Positions 39,220 to 55,944 of a DNA stretch of 64,000 bases are shown one piece after another. Below the pieces are notes generated by a model, which saw only the letters and a program-made list of their open reading frames with translations, searched no databases and had not been told where the DNA came from. Source of the DNA: Eledone cirrhosa. Taxonomy: Eukaryota. The stretch spans positions 124,001-188,000 of the forward strand of contig CAXHJY010000109.1 of the NCBI GenBank assembly GCA_964016885.1, given 5' to 3'. The position numbers were made by a program, and so were the translations under genes. Positions within the stretch are counted from its first letter, which is position 1. Every line of letters begins with the position of its first letter.

Positions 39220-39515
39220 AGGTCGAAATTGTGTGTCTCTTTCGACGGCCCATAACCGTGGATATTCTAAGTCTAACGTCTGTCTTAATCCAGAAGGCTT
39301 ATTTGGCCAGTGTTTATCCCAGTTTCATGGCGTGAAGCAACTGAAAGTACTGGACAGAACACCAGCGCATTGCAGGGTTAAACCCCCAGATATTGCTGGT
39401 ACTCATTTTCAGCTATGTATACTGGAGCAACGTGAAATGAAGTGTTTTGCTCAAGAACACAACACACAACCCAGGAATCGAACCAATGACATTATGATTG
39501 TAATTCCAACAGAAT
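39220..39515 (-). mobile_element. CORE-like tRNA SINE (family C)
   Basis: Minus strand B box GGTTCGATTCC, then GTTGTGTTCTTGAGCAAAACACTTCATTTCACGTTGCTCCAGT..AAAATGAGTACCAGC. Confidence 0.65.
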
Positions 39516-39959
39516 GAGTATTACCTGTTGCTAATATTATACAACTCGTGAGGCACATGATCCCCCTACTCTTTCTTTGTTATAGATATATATCATCACC
39601 ACCATCTGCTGTCTCCACCTGCGGCAGATTGGGTACTAACATGACTTAGTTCCCTCCAAGCTGTCCTACTATGTCTGTCTTAGTTTAGTTCATATAGGGA
39701 CCAGACCATTTATAGACATTGTCTCATCAGCGTGTCTATGGTCTACCCCTATTATTTTTACCAAAACCATACACCCCCATACAAGTTTTAGAATAAATTC
39801 AGACCAGATCCCTTTTAGGCCTTATCTTGATAACCTACCCCCTAATTATTTTCCCATAAACCATACCCTCCATACATAGTTTAGAATAAATTCAGACCAG
39901 ACCATTTAAAGATATTTTCTCACTTTTGTCTGGGTCTCTATCTCCTGTCCGTTATGGCC

Positions 39960-40160
39960 ACTAGCATGTTGGACAACAACGAAGGTCCTCAACTCTTGTC
40001 TTAGTCCAGCTTCTGGATTGTGTTCGAGGTGTGTGGTGTTGCCAGGTCTTCATCGCTCCATCAACTGTTCGTTGCCAGGCGTCCTTTGACCTTCCTTGTT
40101 TTTGTTCCCCTTCTGGTGTCCTGGGAAGGATTGTTTTTGAGATGTGGTGCCCCACCCATA
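39960..40160 (-). mobile_element. RTE-like LINE 3' fragment
   Basis: Reading ..ISKTILPRTPEGEQKQGRSKDAWQRTV, a degenerate WTP.G.R..GRP..TW.RT motif. Confidence 0.55.
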
Positions 40161-40486
40161 TTTCTTTTATCCCTAATCATACTCTCCATTAAGTGCGGCT
40201 GAAACTCGAGTCCGGGAACTATTATAGGCACCCGTTTTACGTGTGTTGTATTGAAGTGAACAACTATGTGTATACTCTGGGAATGTATTTTATATTGCCC
40301 ATTGAGTACGTTGAGATACAACTGATCCTGGCATTAATAAATATGCTGGGTCCGTCAACTCTTTATTATATATAATAAATGTGAAGACTAAAATCCGAAG
40401 AGGTGTCGATAAGGACTATCGTTGAGGGTAAAAGCAGAGATTATTTGCTTGAACTTTAATCTGTTATAATATATATATATATATAG

Positions 40487-40517
<31 letters not shown>

Positions 40518-40544
40518 TATATATATAGTATATATATATATATA

Positions 40545-40800
40545 GTTTATATCTATCTATCTAAGGCGGGTAAAATTCCCGAGATCCATGGACGAGTTCT
40601 CTCCAGCGGTCTCTGTCCCTCATTATCGCTGCCATGTCCTGCGTCTCCAACAGACCAGTGTCTGTCCTTAGGGCATCAACATACGTTAACCTTGGTCTTC
40701 CTCTTCTAGTGTGTCCATGTAGGGGCTCCCAAAGGAGCACTGAGTGCAATGTCAACTCTGGATGTGGGTGAGCATGTCCAGCTAACCTCAGTCTCCTCTG
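40545..40800 (-). mobile_element. RTE-clade LINE 3' end with (TAGA) tail
   Basis: Reading RLRLAGHAHPHPELTLHSVLLWEPLHGHTRRGRPRLTYVDALRTDTG..DRDRWR..* followed by ATAGATAGAT. Confidence 0.75.
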
Positions 40801-41330
40801 TGTATATAGTATATATATATAGTATATATATATTGTATATATATATATATATTGTATATATATATATATATTGTATATATATATATATATAGTATATATA
40901 TATATAGTATATAGTATATATATATATATATAGTATATATATATATATATAGTATATATATATATAGTATATATATATATAGTATATATATATATATATA
41001 GTATATATATATAGTATATATATATAGTATATATATATATATAGTATATATATATATATAGTATATATATATATATATAGTATATATATATATAGTATAT
41101 ATATAGTATATATATATATATAGTATATATATATATATAGTATATAGTATATATATATGTAGTATATATATGTAGTATATATATATAGTGTATGTATATA
41201 TATATATATATATATATATAGTATATATATATATATAGTGTATGTATATATATACATATATATATAGTATATATATAGTTTTAATAAATACAGATACTAA
41301 ATTCGATATGGATTGCATATACGTGTATAC

Positions 41331-41404
<74 letters not shown>

Positions 41405-41534
41405 TCCGAAATTAACATGTAAGTGGCTGGGCATTCCTACAGACAAATTTTACTTTAATGTAATTCTCAGGAAGATTCAGTGTATCAGTGTGCGACATGG
41501 ATGTCCGTTTTAATTATAGATACATTCGATTGGA

Positions 41535-41690
41535 CGGGCTTCGAAACAGTTTCCGCCTACGAAATCTCACCGACAAGACATGGGTCAACCTGCGGCTATG
41601 GTAAATGACACTTGACAATGGTGACATGTTGTGGGATCAAACCATAGACCTGATCATTGTGAAACAAACTCCTTAACTATTTACGGACAT
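41535..41690 (-). mobile_element. degenerate CORE-like SINE (family B)
   Basis: Similar to 6150-6295. Confidence 0.5.
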
Positions 41691-41766
<76 letters not shown>

Positions 41767-41937
41767 CAGAGAAAGAGAGAGAGAAAGAGAGAAAGAGAGA
41801 GAGAGAGAAAGAGAGAGAAAGAGAGAGAGAAAGAGACAGATCGAGAGAGAGAGAGAAAGAGAGAGAGAAAGAGAGAGATCGAGAGAGATCACCCAAGAAG
41901 AAACTTATAGATGTGTGTGTGTGTGTGTCAGTATGTG

Positions 41938-41976
<39 letters not shown>

Positions 41977-42032
41977 CTGGTACTATACTTATTACTATTA
42001 TATATATATGTGTATATATATATATCTGTATA

Positions 42033-42166
<134 letters not shown>

Positions 42167-42889
42167 GTTAAATAGGGTAAAAACTAGAAATGTTCTTTTG
42201 TGTATGTTTGCATTTTATAGATGTTTGTGTCGAGATTACTTTCACATGTTACAAACTGTCATGGCCGTTTCCGTTATATCCACCATTTTCTTTCTTGTTT
42301 ACACTTTAATATTATTGCTTTGTTTTAGTTTTTCGCCTGGTTTTGTTTCGTTTCTTATGTTTCGTTTTTTTTTTTAATGTTATATTTTCATTTCCAACAC
42401 GTCTTGCTTTATTTTAGCTATTTTCTGATATTCCTAAGGAGTTTCGTAATTATTTTCTTCGTTTGTCTATATCTTATCTTATCATTATTAGTATTAGTAT
42501 TATTATTAGTATTATTAGTATTATTGTTGTTGTTGTTAATGTTATTTGAGTTGTTGATGATATTGGTTTCGTCCTCGTCGTTGTTGGGTAAAAAAAAGTA
42601 AAACAGGGGGTGGAGACTGCGTAATAACCAATTAGGAGTGTGAGGCAGGGAATAATATAGGTTGGGAGACAGGGGCTAATATAAGGTGTGTAGAGGTAGG
42701 GTGGGCAGGGGCTAATATAAGGTGTGTAGTGTGGGGGGCAGGGGCTAATATAGGGTGTGGGGTAGGGGATAATATAGGGTGTGAGACAAGGGCTAATATA
42801 GGCTTTAATTAAGCAGAGCGGAAATAGCGGAACTTGATATGTATTTGTAAAGTTGCTTTAGTTGTAGGCCGAGTAGGGAGACGGAGTGG

Positions 42890-43079
42890 ACGGTGTGGTG
42901 GTAGTAATGGTAGTGGTGCTGGTGGTAGTGGTGATGGTGGTAGTAATAGTAGTAGAAGTGGTGGTTGTGATAGTAGTGGTGGTGGTAGTAGTTGTAGTGT
43001 GGTAGTGATGGTTGTAGTGCTGATGGTTGTAGTGCTGATGGTAGTAATAGTAGTAGAAGTGGTGGTTCTGATAGTAGTG

Positions 43080-43130
<51 letters not shown>

Positions 43131-43287
43131 TGGTAGTTGTAGTAGTTGTGGTGGTGATGGTTGTAGTGCTGATGGTAGTAATAGTAGTAGAAATGGTGGC
43201 TGTGATAGTAGTAGTGGTGGTGGTGATAGTAGTAGTGGTGGTGGTGGTAGTAGTAGTAGTAGTAGTGTGGTAGTTGTAGTAGTTGTA

Positions 43288-43342
<55 letters not shown>

Positions 43343-43416
43343 GGTAGTTGTAGTAGTTGTGGTGGTGATGGTTGTAGTGCTGATGGTAGTAATAGTAGTA
43401 GAAATGGTGGCTGTGA

Positions 43417-43475
<59 letters not shown>

Positions 43476-43550
43476 TGGTAGTTGTAGTAGTTGTGGTGGT
43501 GATGGTTGTAGTGCTGATGGTAGTAATAGTAGTAGAAGTGGTGGTTGTGA

Positions 43551-43627
<77 letters not shown>

Positions 43628-43710
43628 TGGTAGTTGTAGTAGTTGTGGTGGTGATGGTTGTAGTGCTGATGGTAGTAATAGTAGTAGAAGTGGTGGTTGT
43701 GATAGTAGTA

Positions 43711-43752
<42 letters not shown>

Positions 43753-43859
43753 TGGTAGTTGTAGTAGTTGTGGTGGTGATGGTTGTAGTGCTGATGGTAG
43801 TAATAGTAGTAGAAATGGTGGCTGTGATAGTAGTAGTGGTGGTGGTGATAGTAGTAGTG

Positions 43860-43894
<35 letters not shown>

Positions 43895-43921
43895 GTGGTA
43901 GTTGTAGTAGTTGTAGTGGTG

Positions 43922-43953
<32 letters not shown>

Positions 43954-44803
43954 GTGGTAGTTGTAGTAGTTGTAGTGCTGATGGTTGTAATAGTAGTAGA
44001 AATGGTGGCTGTAATAGTAGTAGTAGTAGTTGTAGTAGTAGTTTTTTTTGTAGTTGTGGAGGTAGTAGTTGATGTGGTGGTAGTAGTAGTAAAGTAATAG
44101 TTGCGATAGTAGTTATAGTAGCAGTATGATAATGAGGATGGTGATGATAAGTCGGGGGTAGGTGATGGTGATGGGAAGATTGGGGGGGGGTGCTTACGTT
44201 GATGATGTTCATAACAAGGATGATGATGGTGATGATGATGGTGATGATGATGAGGATAATGATGGTGATGATGATGAGGATAATGATGGTGATGATGATG
44301 AGGATAATGATGGTGATGGAAGAGAAGGAGAAGAATGTCGATAATAACGGTTTCTTTATTTCATAATTTACCAGAAGTGGGGGGAGGAGGGATAATGTTA
44401 ATAATGTGTAAACAATCTCTCCAGACAGACACACACACACACACACACACACACAGATACAGACACACATATACAGGGAGAGACACACACACACATACAG
44501 ATACAGAGACACACAGATACAGAGACAGACACACACACAGACACACACAGGGAGAGACACACACACACATACAGACACAGATACAGAGACAGACACACAC
44601 ACAGACACACACAGGGAGAGACACACACACACAGACACACACAGAGAAATACAGACCCACAGACAGACAGAGAGAGAGAGAGAGAGAGACAGACCCACAG
44701 ATAGATACAGAGACAGAGAGAGAGAGATACATAGAGAGAGAGAGAGGGGATAGATACATAGACAGAGAGAGAGAGAGAGACAGACAGACCCACAGATAGA
44801 TAC

Positions 44804-44859
<56 letters not shown>

Positions 44860-45080
44860 GTATATTATACCAATACAATCAGTAATCTGACATAACAACA
44901 ACAACAACTCTAATAACAAAAATAACAACATTGAAGTAATTATAACAGACATTGACAAGAAGAAGAAGAAGAAGAAGAAGAAGAAGAAGAAGAAGAAGAA
45001 GAAGAAGAAAAAGAATAAAAAGAAGAAAAAGAAAAAGAAGAAGAAGAAGAAGAAGAAGAAGAAGAAGAAGAAGAAGAAGA
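42890..45080. repeat. (GTA/GTG)n compound array, then (GAT)n, (CA/GA)n and (GAA)n tracts
   Basis: These explain the 689-aa ORF at 42809-44878. Confidence 0.9.
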
Positions 45081-45373
45081 AATGGAAGAGGGGGGAACAA
45101 TAATAGAAAAGAACAAAACAAAAAATAACGACAGTAGTAGTAGTATTGGTGGTAGTAATTGAATCACGGTGTAAAGATCACCATTCTAGTTGTTAGTGAC
45201 TCCACCCCAAAGAATCTTAAGAAATTGTAGGAAAGACACACTTGGCATTCTTCACAGGTTCCATCTTGGTTTAAGGTTTCAGCATTATTTGTGTTCATTA
45301 TTTTAGCGATAGAGAAAAGTTAGGCTTAGTTTTCCCTGAAATTCTACACACAACTTCATCCGTAGGTTAACTT

Positions 45374-45428
<55 letters not shown>

Positions 45429-45902
45429 GGCACAGACGGCAGCTACAAATGGCCACATATCTTATTTTCCCGACAAAACTATTTCCCTTCGGAAACAAAC
45501 CAACGATGAATGTAAAATCCGAAATATAGGGACGAATAAATCTGTTCCAAGGTAACTCCATCCTTTGTTTTCTTTTTAGGTTTCAATATATATATATATA
45601 TATATATGATTCCAGAATTTTAAAAAATATTTAGCTAAATTATGAGTTATAATATTATATATATAATCAATTAGATTATATGAAGGATTATGATTATAAC
45701 TACATTTTATCTTATTACATTTCAACAGGTTGTAAGTATATAAATATCTATATAGATTAATAAGTGTATAAATATAAGTATTATTGGTGATTATATAGAT
45801 ATAAAACACACGTATTAATTTGTTTAGATTTCTAATATGAGTTACGAAGGATGATTCTTGAGAAAGCCATATTTCGGTGTGCAGGTGCTTCCGAAATCGT
45901 TC

Positions 45903-46335
45903 CCCAAGATATAACTGTAGAATTGAATCAAACTGCCCTTTACAAAACAATTGCTTAGACAAAAACTTAATTTATGCACAGTAAAAACTAGAGACAAATT
46001 ATTTAACTATATAGGTGCCACTTCTACAAAATTCAAAGAACACTAGTACAACCACAAACATGCATTTAATAGGTCCGATAAAAAAATCTTCCACTTCACT
46101 TTCACATCTAATTTGGAATTTAAAGGATAATAATATAGACTATTCAATATCTTGGTGAACGATTTCGAAAGCACCTGCATACCGAAATATGGCTTTCTCA
46201 AGAATCTGTCATTTGTGTATCGAGGGAATTTTTTATATAATTAACTGTCAAAATTCTATTAATTTAATAAGCGAAATATATAATGCTTGCAATCATCGCC
46301 AAAAATCCACTTTCCGAAGTATTTTTTATATATAA
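45903..46335 (+). pseudogene. GIY-YIG endonuclease relic of a Penelope-like (Naiad-like) element
   Basis: Broken reading YNCRIESNCPLQNNCLDKNLIY..NYIGATSTKFKEH*YNHKHAF..STSLSHLIWNLK..YSISW*..CHLC..CNHRQK, parallel to the C-terminus of ORF 61780-63282. Confidence 0.8.
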
Positions 46336-47215
46336 TATTCATTACACTTAACTACATCTTATACATCTTTAAAATGATCCTGTTATTTATTGAGGGTTTT
46401 ATTAAAATTAAACATTTTTTAAATGATCTTTCTTCTTAAATTTAGTATTTTTACCAATTGATATTCTTTTCCTAATGATATACTCTTCTTAATCTATTTT
46501 TTAGATTTATATATATTTTCTTTAGATTGATACTTTTTAATTGATATTCTGAAAGATATCCTCTTTACGATAGTTCTTCTAAATGCACTCTCGACTTATC
46601 TAATAATACATTTTTCTTCTCTTAAATCTTCAAACCTTTCACACATCTTTCGACGTAGACAATATATAATTGAAATTCTCATCCTTGAAAACATATAATA
46701 TAAAATACCTTATAATCTCACATAAAATAATATATAATTTTCTCTACATACTTTTCGCATTTTCTAAGAAAATTATTCATCAAATCTAATTTTAATAGTG
46801 TAACAAATAATATTGGAGTTATATTTTCCTTTACAATTGAGCAAACATAATAACTTGTATAATAAATTATGTAATTTCGCTAAACTAATAATGTTCTGAA
46901 AATATTTTCAATGTTGGATGAAAATATTTGAATCTACAAATTGTTCTTCTCTTATAATTTGAACTACGTTTTTTTCTTAAAAATATATATGTAAAATATA
47001 AAATCAACATCCTTCGTAACTCATATTAGAAATCTAAACAAATTAATACGTGTGTTTTATATCTATATAATCACCAATAATACTTATATTTATACACTTA
47101 TTAATCTATATAGATATTTATATACTTACAACCTGTTGCAATGTAATAAGATAAAATGTAGTTATAATCATAATTCTTCATATAATCTAATTGATTATAT
47201 ATATAATATAGATAA

Positions 47216-47385
47216 TGGTAGAGGGTCGGACGCCATGCTTTGACGCATAGAGTTACGGCCCTTGCCATTCTGAGTTCAAATCCCGCCGAGGTTAACTTTG
47301 CCTTTCATCCTTACGGGGTCGATAAAATAAAGTACCAGTAATACACTGGAAAATTGCTGGCCTTGTGCCTAACGTAGAAACAATT
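47216..47385 (+). mobile_element. SINE family A with 16-bp TSD
   Basis: ATTATATATATAATAT at 47194-47209 and 47383-47398. The empty site is seen in the inverted duplicate 45608-45900. Confidence 0.85.
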
Positions 47386-47754
47386 ATATATATAATATTA
47401 TAACTCATAATTTAGCTAAATATTTTTTAAATTCTGGAATCATATTCTACCACTCCAACAAACTGTTAATTCTTAACGTTTCAATCGTTTTAAATTCACG
47501 TAAATACAAGTTTTTCTTTCTTTCTCTTTTTTCTTCCTATACATACATAGATATATCCCAATAATTATTTAAATCTACCTAGCGTCTAAAAATAACTTTT
47601 TTTTCAGCCCTATGCCTCAACCTCATTTGCATATTCATCTTAATAATTTGAAATATTTGTTTGTTTTCCTCTCTTCCCCTTTTCCCATCCAGGTATAACT
47701 TGAACCGTGAAGGTCTCGTTCCTGGATATGTCAATATTTATAAAACAAACTTAG

Positions 47755-47815
47755 TATTTTATCTGATGAGAGCGTACCAATGTTTTGGTACCCTTGAAAT
47801 ATATATAATAGAATA
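47755..47815 (+). ncRNA. type I hammerhead motif near the 3' end of the PLE relic
   Basis: TATTTTAT CTGATGA GAGCGTACCAA-TGTT-TTGGTACCCTT GAAA TATATA TA ATAGAATA. Confidence 0.7.
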
Positions 47816-47871
47816 TGGTTTTATAAATATAGTTTCCATTTATTAATACCAATGATACATATATATATATA

Positions 47872-47911
47872 CCAAGAACAATTGTTTCACCTTAGCGGAT
47901 CTTCAGCTCGG
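47872..47911 (-). ncRNA. minimal hammerhead motif in fold-back element 47871-48043
   Basis: Minus strand CCGAG CTGAAGA TCCGCTAAGGT GAAA CAATTG TT CTTGG. A truncated plus-strand mirror starts at ~47918. Confidence 0.65.
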
Positions 47912-48040
47912 GAGAAAATCCGCTAAGGTGAAACAATTGTTCTCGGTATGGTGAACTAACTGTTGTGTTACTACTTCCACCAAACTCGTCCCTTGGACTG
48001 AGCGCTCTACCACTACGGATATTACCTTCCAGTGTTCCAC

Positions 48041-48111
<71 letters not shown>

Positions 48112-48169
48112 TATACATATATATACATATATATTATATATATATATATATAACTTTAATAACTTTCGG

Positions 48170-48745
48170 TCAGTATTGGCCCATGCCATGTCTAACTTAA
48201 TAGCACCACATAGCGAAGTCTTTCAAGTCAGGATTTGGGCACCATGACTCACTCGAGCAGAGAGTTATTGTTTCCGGGGGCATATCCGGGTGTAGGAATT
48301 TGTCCAAAGACTTCTTAAACTTGATGGCGTCTGTTTCTGTTTTAATGTGTTTTGGTGTAATGTTAAAGAGAACGGGGCCAATTGAGGTGAAATAATTGTG
48401 CCGTATTGTTGTTATGAGATGCAAGTGAGATTTTTGTTGTGGGCGAATAGCACTGGGCCCAAGCCTTGGGTGTACATTAAAGTTTATGCCAACAACATTT
48501 GGGCAAAGCTGATGGAATATTTTCCACATCATGCAGATAATGTAGTGCTCACGGCGACGTTAGAGAGAATAAAGGTTGAGCCTTTCTTATCGACTCCAAT
48601 AGTCAAGGCTTGTGATGCCATCTATCTTTGCGGTGCTTCAACTTTCATGATACTTTGTTTCGTGTGGGGTGACCACAGTGGACAACAGTATTCAAGGTGG
48701 GGTCGGGAAAAAGTGGAGAAGAGAAGGATAACAATGTGGATATCT
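48170..48745 (-). mobile_element. CR1/L2-group LINE 3' fragment
   Basis: Broken reading ..PHLEYCCPLWSPH..VEAPQR..WKIFHQLCPN..GPVLFNITPKHIK..FKKSLDKFL. Confidence 0.75.
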
Positions 48746-48772
48746 CTCGACTTAGCACACCTTATTATTATT

Positions 48773-49278
48773 GGTGGATTGGCAGTATCGGTAGAGGATC
48801 GGACGCCATGCTTTCCAGCATAGTTACGTCCCTTTACGATCTGAGTTCAAATCCCGCCGAGGTTGACTTTGCCTTTCATCCTTACGGGGTCGATAAAATA
48901 AAGTACCAGTAATGCACTGGGTAATTGCTGGCCTTGTGCCAAAAGTAGAAACAATTATTATTGTTGTTGTTGTTGTTGATGTCATTATTATTATTATTAC
49001 TATTATTATTACTATTATTATTGTTGTTATTATTATTATTATTGTTTATATATATGTGTCTATGTCTTTTTTTCTTTTCTTATATAAATAATTGTTTCTA
49101 CTTTAGGCACAAGGCCAGCAATTATCCAGTGCATTACTGGTACTTTATTTTATCGACCCCGTAAGGATGAAAGGCAAAGTCAACCTCGGCGGGATTTGAA
49201 CTCAGATCGTAAAAGGACGTAACTATGCTGGAAAGCATGGCGTCCGACCCTCTACCGATACTGCCAATCCACCGCCCT
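48773..49278. mobile_element. inverted (tail-to-tail) pair of near-identical full-length family A SINEs
   Basis: + 48773-48958 and - 49088-49278, with a ~130-bp spacer. Confidence 0.9.
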
Positions 49279-49689
49279 TTTTTATATAAATAATGATTTC
49301 TTTATTAACCACAAGGGTTTACATAAAGTAGACATTAAAAATCTTTACACGCACAAAACCCATATCGTACCGTCCTGTACCGTTCTGTGCCGTCTGTAAT
49401 GTTTTTCTTGATGTCAGCCCTTGTGGCCAATAAAGAAATCATTATTATTATTATTGTTATTATTATTATACTGCCATTATCAACAAGGTTGTTCGTCATC
49501 GCCATCATCATCATCATCAATATCAGTTTAGTTCTACTAATTAACGATGTGATTACCCGCCTTCTGTTAACACACCTCCCCCTTCACCAGTCCCACTTCA
49601 TCAATAAATCTGTCAGAGTCTAGGAGAGAGAGGGAGAGGGAAGGAGAGAGAGAGAGACAGCCATTCACAGAGAAACTATAATTGGAAAA

Positions 49690-50580
49690 ACACCACCACC
49701 ACTACCAGCACCACTACAGCAACACCACCACCACTACCACAACACCATCACCACTACCACTACAACAACATCACCACCACTACCCCACACCACTACAGAA
49801 ACTACACCACCACTACCAGCACCACTACAGCAACACCACCACCACAACATCATCACCACTACAACAACATCACCACCACTACAGAAACACCACCAGTACC
49901 AACACCACTACAGCAACACCGCTACAACAACATCACCACCACTACCAACAGCACTACAGAAACTACACTACCACTACCAACACCACTACAGCAACACCAC
50001 TACAACAACATCACCACCACTACAACAACATCACCACCACTACCAACACCACTACAGAAACTCCACCACTACCACTACATCCCCACCACCACAACATCAC
50101 CACCACTACCAGCACCACTACAGCAACACCACTACCACAACATCACCACCATTACAACAACATCACCACCACTACCAACACCACTACAGAAACTACACCA
50201 CCACCCTCCACTACATCACCACCACCACCACCCTCCACAACACCACCATCATCCACTACATCACCACCACCACACCACCAACAACACCACCACCAACACA
50301 CACAGCAACACCACCACAACACCACCACCCTCCACAACACCACCACCCTCTACTACAACACCACCACCACACCACCACCACCAACAACACCACCACCAAC
50401 ACACACAGCAACACCACAACTAACAACACCACCACAACACCACCACCCTCCACTACATCACCACCACAACACCACCATCCTCCACTACAACACCACCACC
50501 ACCACACCACCAACAACACCACCACCACAAGAACATCACTAACACAACAACTCCACTACTACCAAAACATCACCACCATA
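49690..50580. repeat. (CAC/CAA/TAC)n low-complexity tract
   Basis: Directly visible. Confidence 0.9.
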
Positions 50581-50620
50581 TATATATATATTATATGAGT
50601 GTGTGTATGTGTGTGTATTC

Positions 50621-50671
<51 letters not shown>

Positions 50672-51100
50672 CATGTGTATACATGCACACTCATATGTAT
50701 ATGTGTTTGTGTATATATATATATATATATATATATAAACAATTTGATGAAAAAAAGGGAAAATGCCAATTAAAAAAACGCATACACACAAATAAACACT
50801 CAGAATCACACACACATACACTCATATACATACGCACACACACACACAGACACACACACAGACACACACATACATAGATACACACATACATAGATACACA
50901 TAATTCTACACACACATACAGAGGCACGTAGATTTAGAGACACAAGCACAGACACACATACAGCCACACGCACACACGCACAATGTGCGTGTCTGTGTCC
51001 CAGGTTCCATCGGGGGTAACCACACTTAGTAAGGTACTCAATATATTTATCAAAAGATGAAACAGATCTAATCTTGTAGAAGCTATTTCTATATTAAACA

Positions 51101-51145
<45 letters not shown>

Positions 51146-51218
51146 AACGAGTAGGACACCTATATATATATAAAATATAAATATATATATATATATATAT
51201 AAATATATATATATAAAT

Positions 51219-51257
<39 letters not shown>

Positions 51258-51354
51258 AATATAAATATATATAAATAAGTGAACTATAACTTCCTCCTAT
51301 ATATATATATATAATAATATATATATATATATAAATAAATATATATATATATAA

Positions 51355-51401
<47 letters not shown>

Positions 51402-51455
51402 TAAAAAAATAATGAATAAAACAATGAAACAGTTCCTTATATTAAACAAAAAAAG

Positions 51456-51600
51456 TTCATTATTTAACGATCGTTTCTAGGATATATGTGTTAGAATTGG
51501 CATGTATATTCAACAGATCTATGTACAAAATTATTCAAAAATATACAAACTATCAAAATTAAATATACATACCAACACACATATATGCCGTCTTCAGGAA

Positions 51601-51604
<4 letters not shown>
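51456..51604 (-). ncRNA. hammerhead motif with ~113-nt stem II (copy 1)
   Basis: Minus strand ATTATTC CTGAAGA [113 nt, hairpin] GAAA CGATCG TT AAATAAT, flanked by (TA)n. Stem I has a C.A mismatch next to the core. Confidence 0.65.
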
Positions 51605-51686
<82 letters not shown>

Positions 51687-51773
51687 TACGTACGCTATTC
51701 CGGGTTGAATCGGAGGTAACCACAGTAAGTAAGGTACTCAATACATTGCAGAGTATAAAAGTTTTAATATAGA

Positions 51774-51828
51774 TGAGATTCTACAGGACTAGAACTGTTT
51801 CATTCTTTAGAAATCATCAGGAATCTCA
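51774..51828 (-). ncRNA. complete type I hammerhead motif
   Basis: Minus strand TGAGATTC CTGATGA T TTC-TAAA-GAA T GAAA CAG-TTCTAGTC-CTG TA GAATCTCA. A truncated mirror copy lies at 51830-51877. Confidence 0.75.
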
Positions 51829-52042
51829 ATGATGATTTCTAAAGAATGAAACAGTTCTAGTCCTGTAGAATCTCATGTTATTTTTCGGCCGCATGGGTGA
51901 TTTTAGGCATAATCTTTGTGTGTTGGTATTTTAACGATAGTTATAGCTCTGATTTATCTGAATTATTGAGCCCTCTGCCACTCATGTCGGATTTGTTTAT
52001 CGTAAACTCGTGAGCTGATTTTCCGATACTCGATTATTCTAC

Positions 52043-54398
<2,356 letters not shown>

Positions 54399-54592
54399 CC
54401 CTCCCCCCCCGCCACCACCCACCCTCCTCCACCATACATATAGATATATATATACCCTCCACTATATACTAATACCTTCCTTGACGTCTTAATAGAGTTA
54501 TTGTTCCAAATATCTAAAGACATGTAATTCAATATTTCGGGGAGAAGATTCCAACTTACTTACAAACGTTCTGGGAACATTTCAACATCTCT

Positions 54593-54625
<33 letters not shown>

Positions 54626-54685
54626 GACATATATATATATATATATAATTATATATATATACATACACACATATGTATATGTGTG

Positions 54686-54751
<66 letters not shown>

Positions 54752-55100
54752 TATTTATATGTATATGTGTGTCTATGTATATACACACATATTTATGTGT
54801 ATGTGTGTGTATGTATATATATATATATATACGCACATACACACATATTTATATGTGTATGTATGTGTATGTATATATATATATATATATACGCATACAC
54901 ACATATTTATATGTATATGTGTGTGTATATCTATACATATATATATATATATACACATATACATATAAATATGTATATGTATATATATATATATATACAC
55001 ATACACACATATTTATATGTGTATGTATGTGTATGTATATATATATATATATATACATATATACACATACACACTATTTATATGTATATGTGTGTGTATG

Positions 55101-55133
<33 letters not shown>

Positions 55134-55134
55134 T

Positions 55135-55180
<46 letters not shown>

Positions 55181-55534
55181 CATATATACACACATATTTA
55201 TATATGTATATGTGTGTATGTGTCTGTGTATATGTGTGTGTGAGTGTATGTATGTGTATATGTGTGTATGTGTGTATGTGTGTGTGAGTGTGTGTATGTG
55301 TATATGTGTCTATGAGTGTGTATCTGTATGTGTGTGTATGTGTGTGTGTATGAGAGTGTTCGCGTCTGTGTGTTCTGGGAATACTTCAACACCCTACAAT
55401 ACCCCTGGCACTAGGTTTTCTTTTAGGAATCACCAAATTCTTGACTTGATGAAAGAAACTTTTAAAATCTTCATTACTTTGGTTTGGTTATTAAGATCAA
55501 TAACAAATACTTAGAACTGTTGAAATTCCTTAAT

Positions 55535-55944
55535 TGGTTGGGTGGTTTGGTGGGTGGTTTGGTGGTTGGGTGGTTGGGTGGGTGGTTGGGTGGTTGGGTG
55601 GGTGGCTGGGTGGGTGGTTGGGTGGTTGGTTGGGGGGTTGGGTGGTTGGTTGGGTGGTTTGGTGGTTGGGTGGTTGGTTGGTTGGGTGGTTGGTTGGTTG
55701 GGTGGTGGGGTGGTTGGTTGGTTGGTTAGTTGGTTGGTGGGGTGGTTGGTTGGTTGGTTGGGTGGTTGGTTGGTTGGTTGGGTGGTTGGTTAGTTGGTTG
55801 GTGGGGTGGTTGGTTGGTTGGTTGGTTGGTTAGTTGGTTGGTGGGGTGGTTGGTTAGTTGGTTGGTTGGTTAGTTAGTTGGTTGGCGGGGTGGTTGGTTG
55901 GTTGGTTGGTTGGTTGGTTGGGTGGTTGGTTGGGTGGTTGGTTG
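55535..55944. repeat. (GGTT/GGGT)n tetranucleotide tract
   Basis: Directly visible. Confidence 0.9.

Noticed and set aside
42809-44878. 689-aa ORF and other long ORFs (15680-17119, 19426-20187, 49682-50542, 51963-54532)
   Set aside because: They are pure microsatellite translations with no domain.
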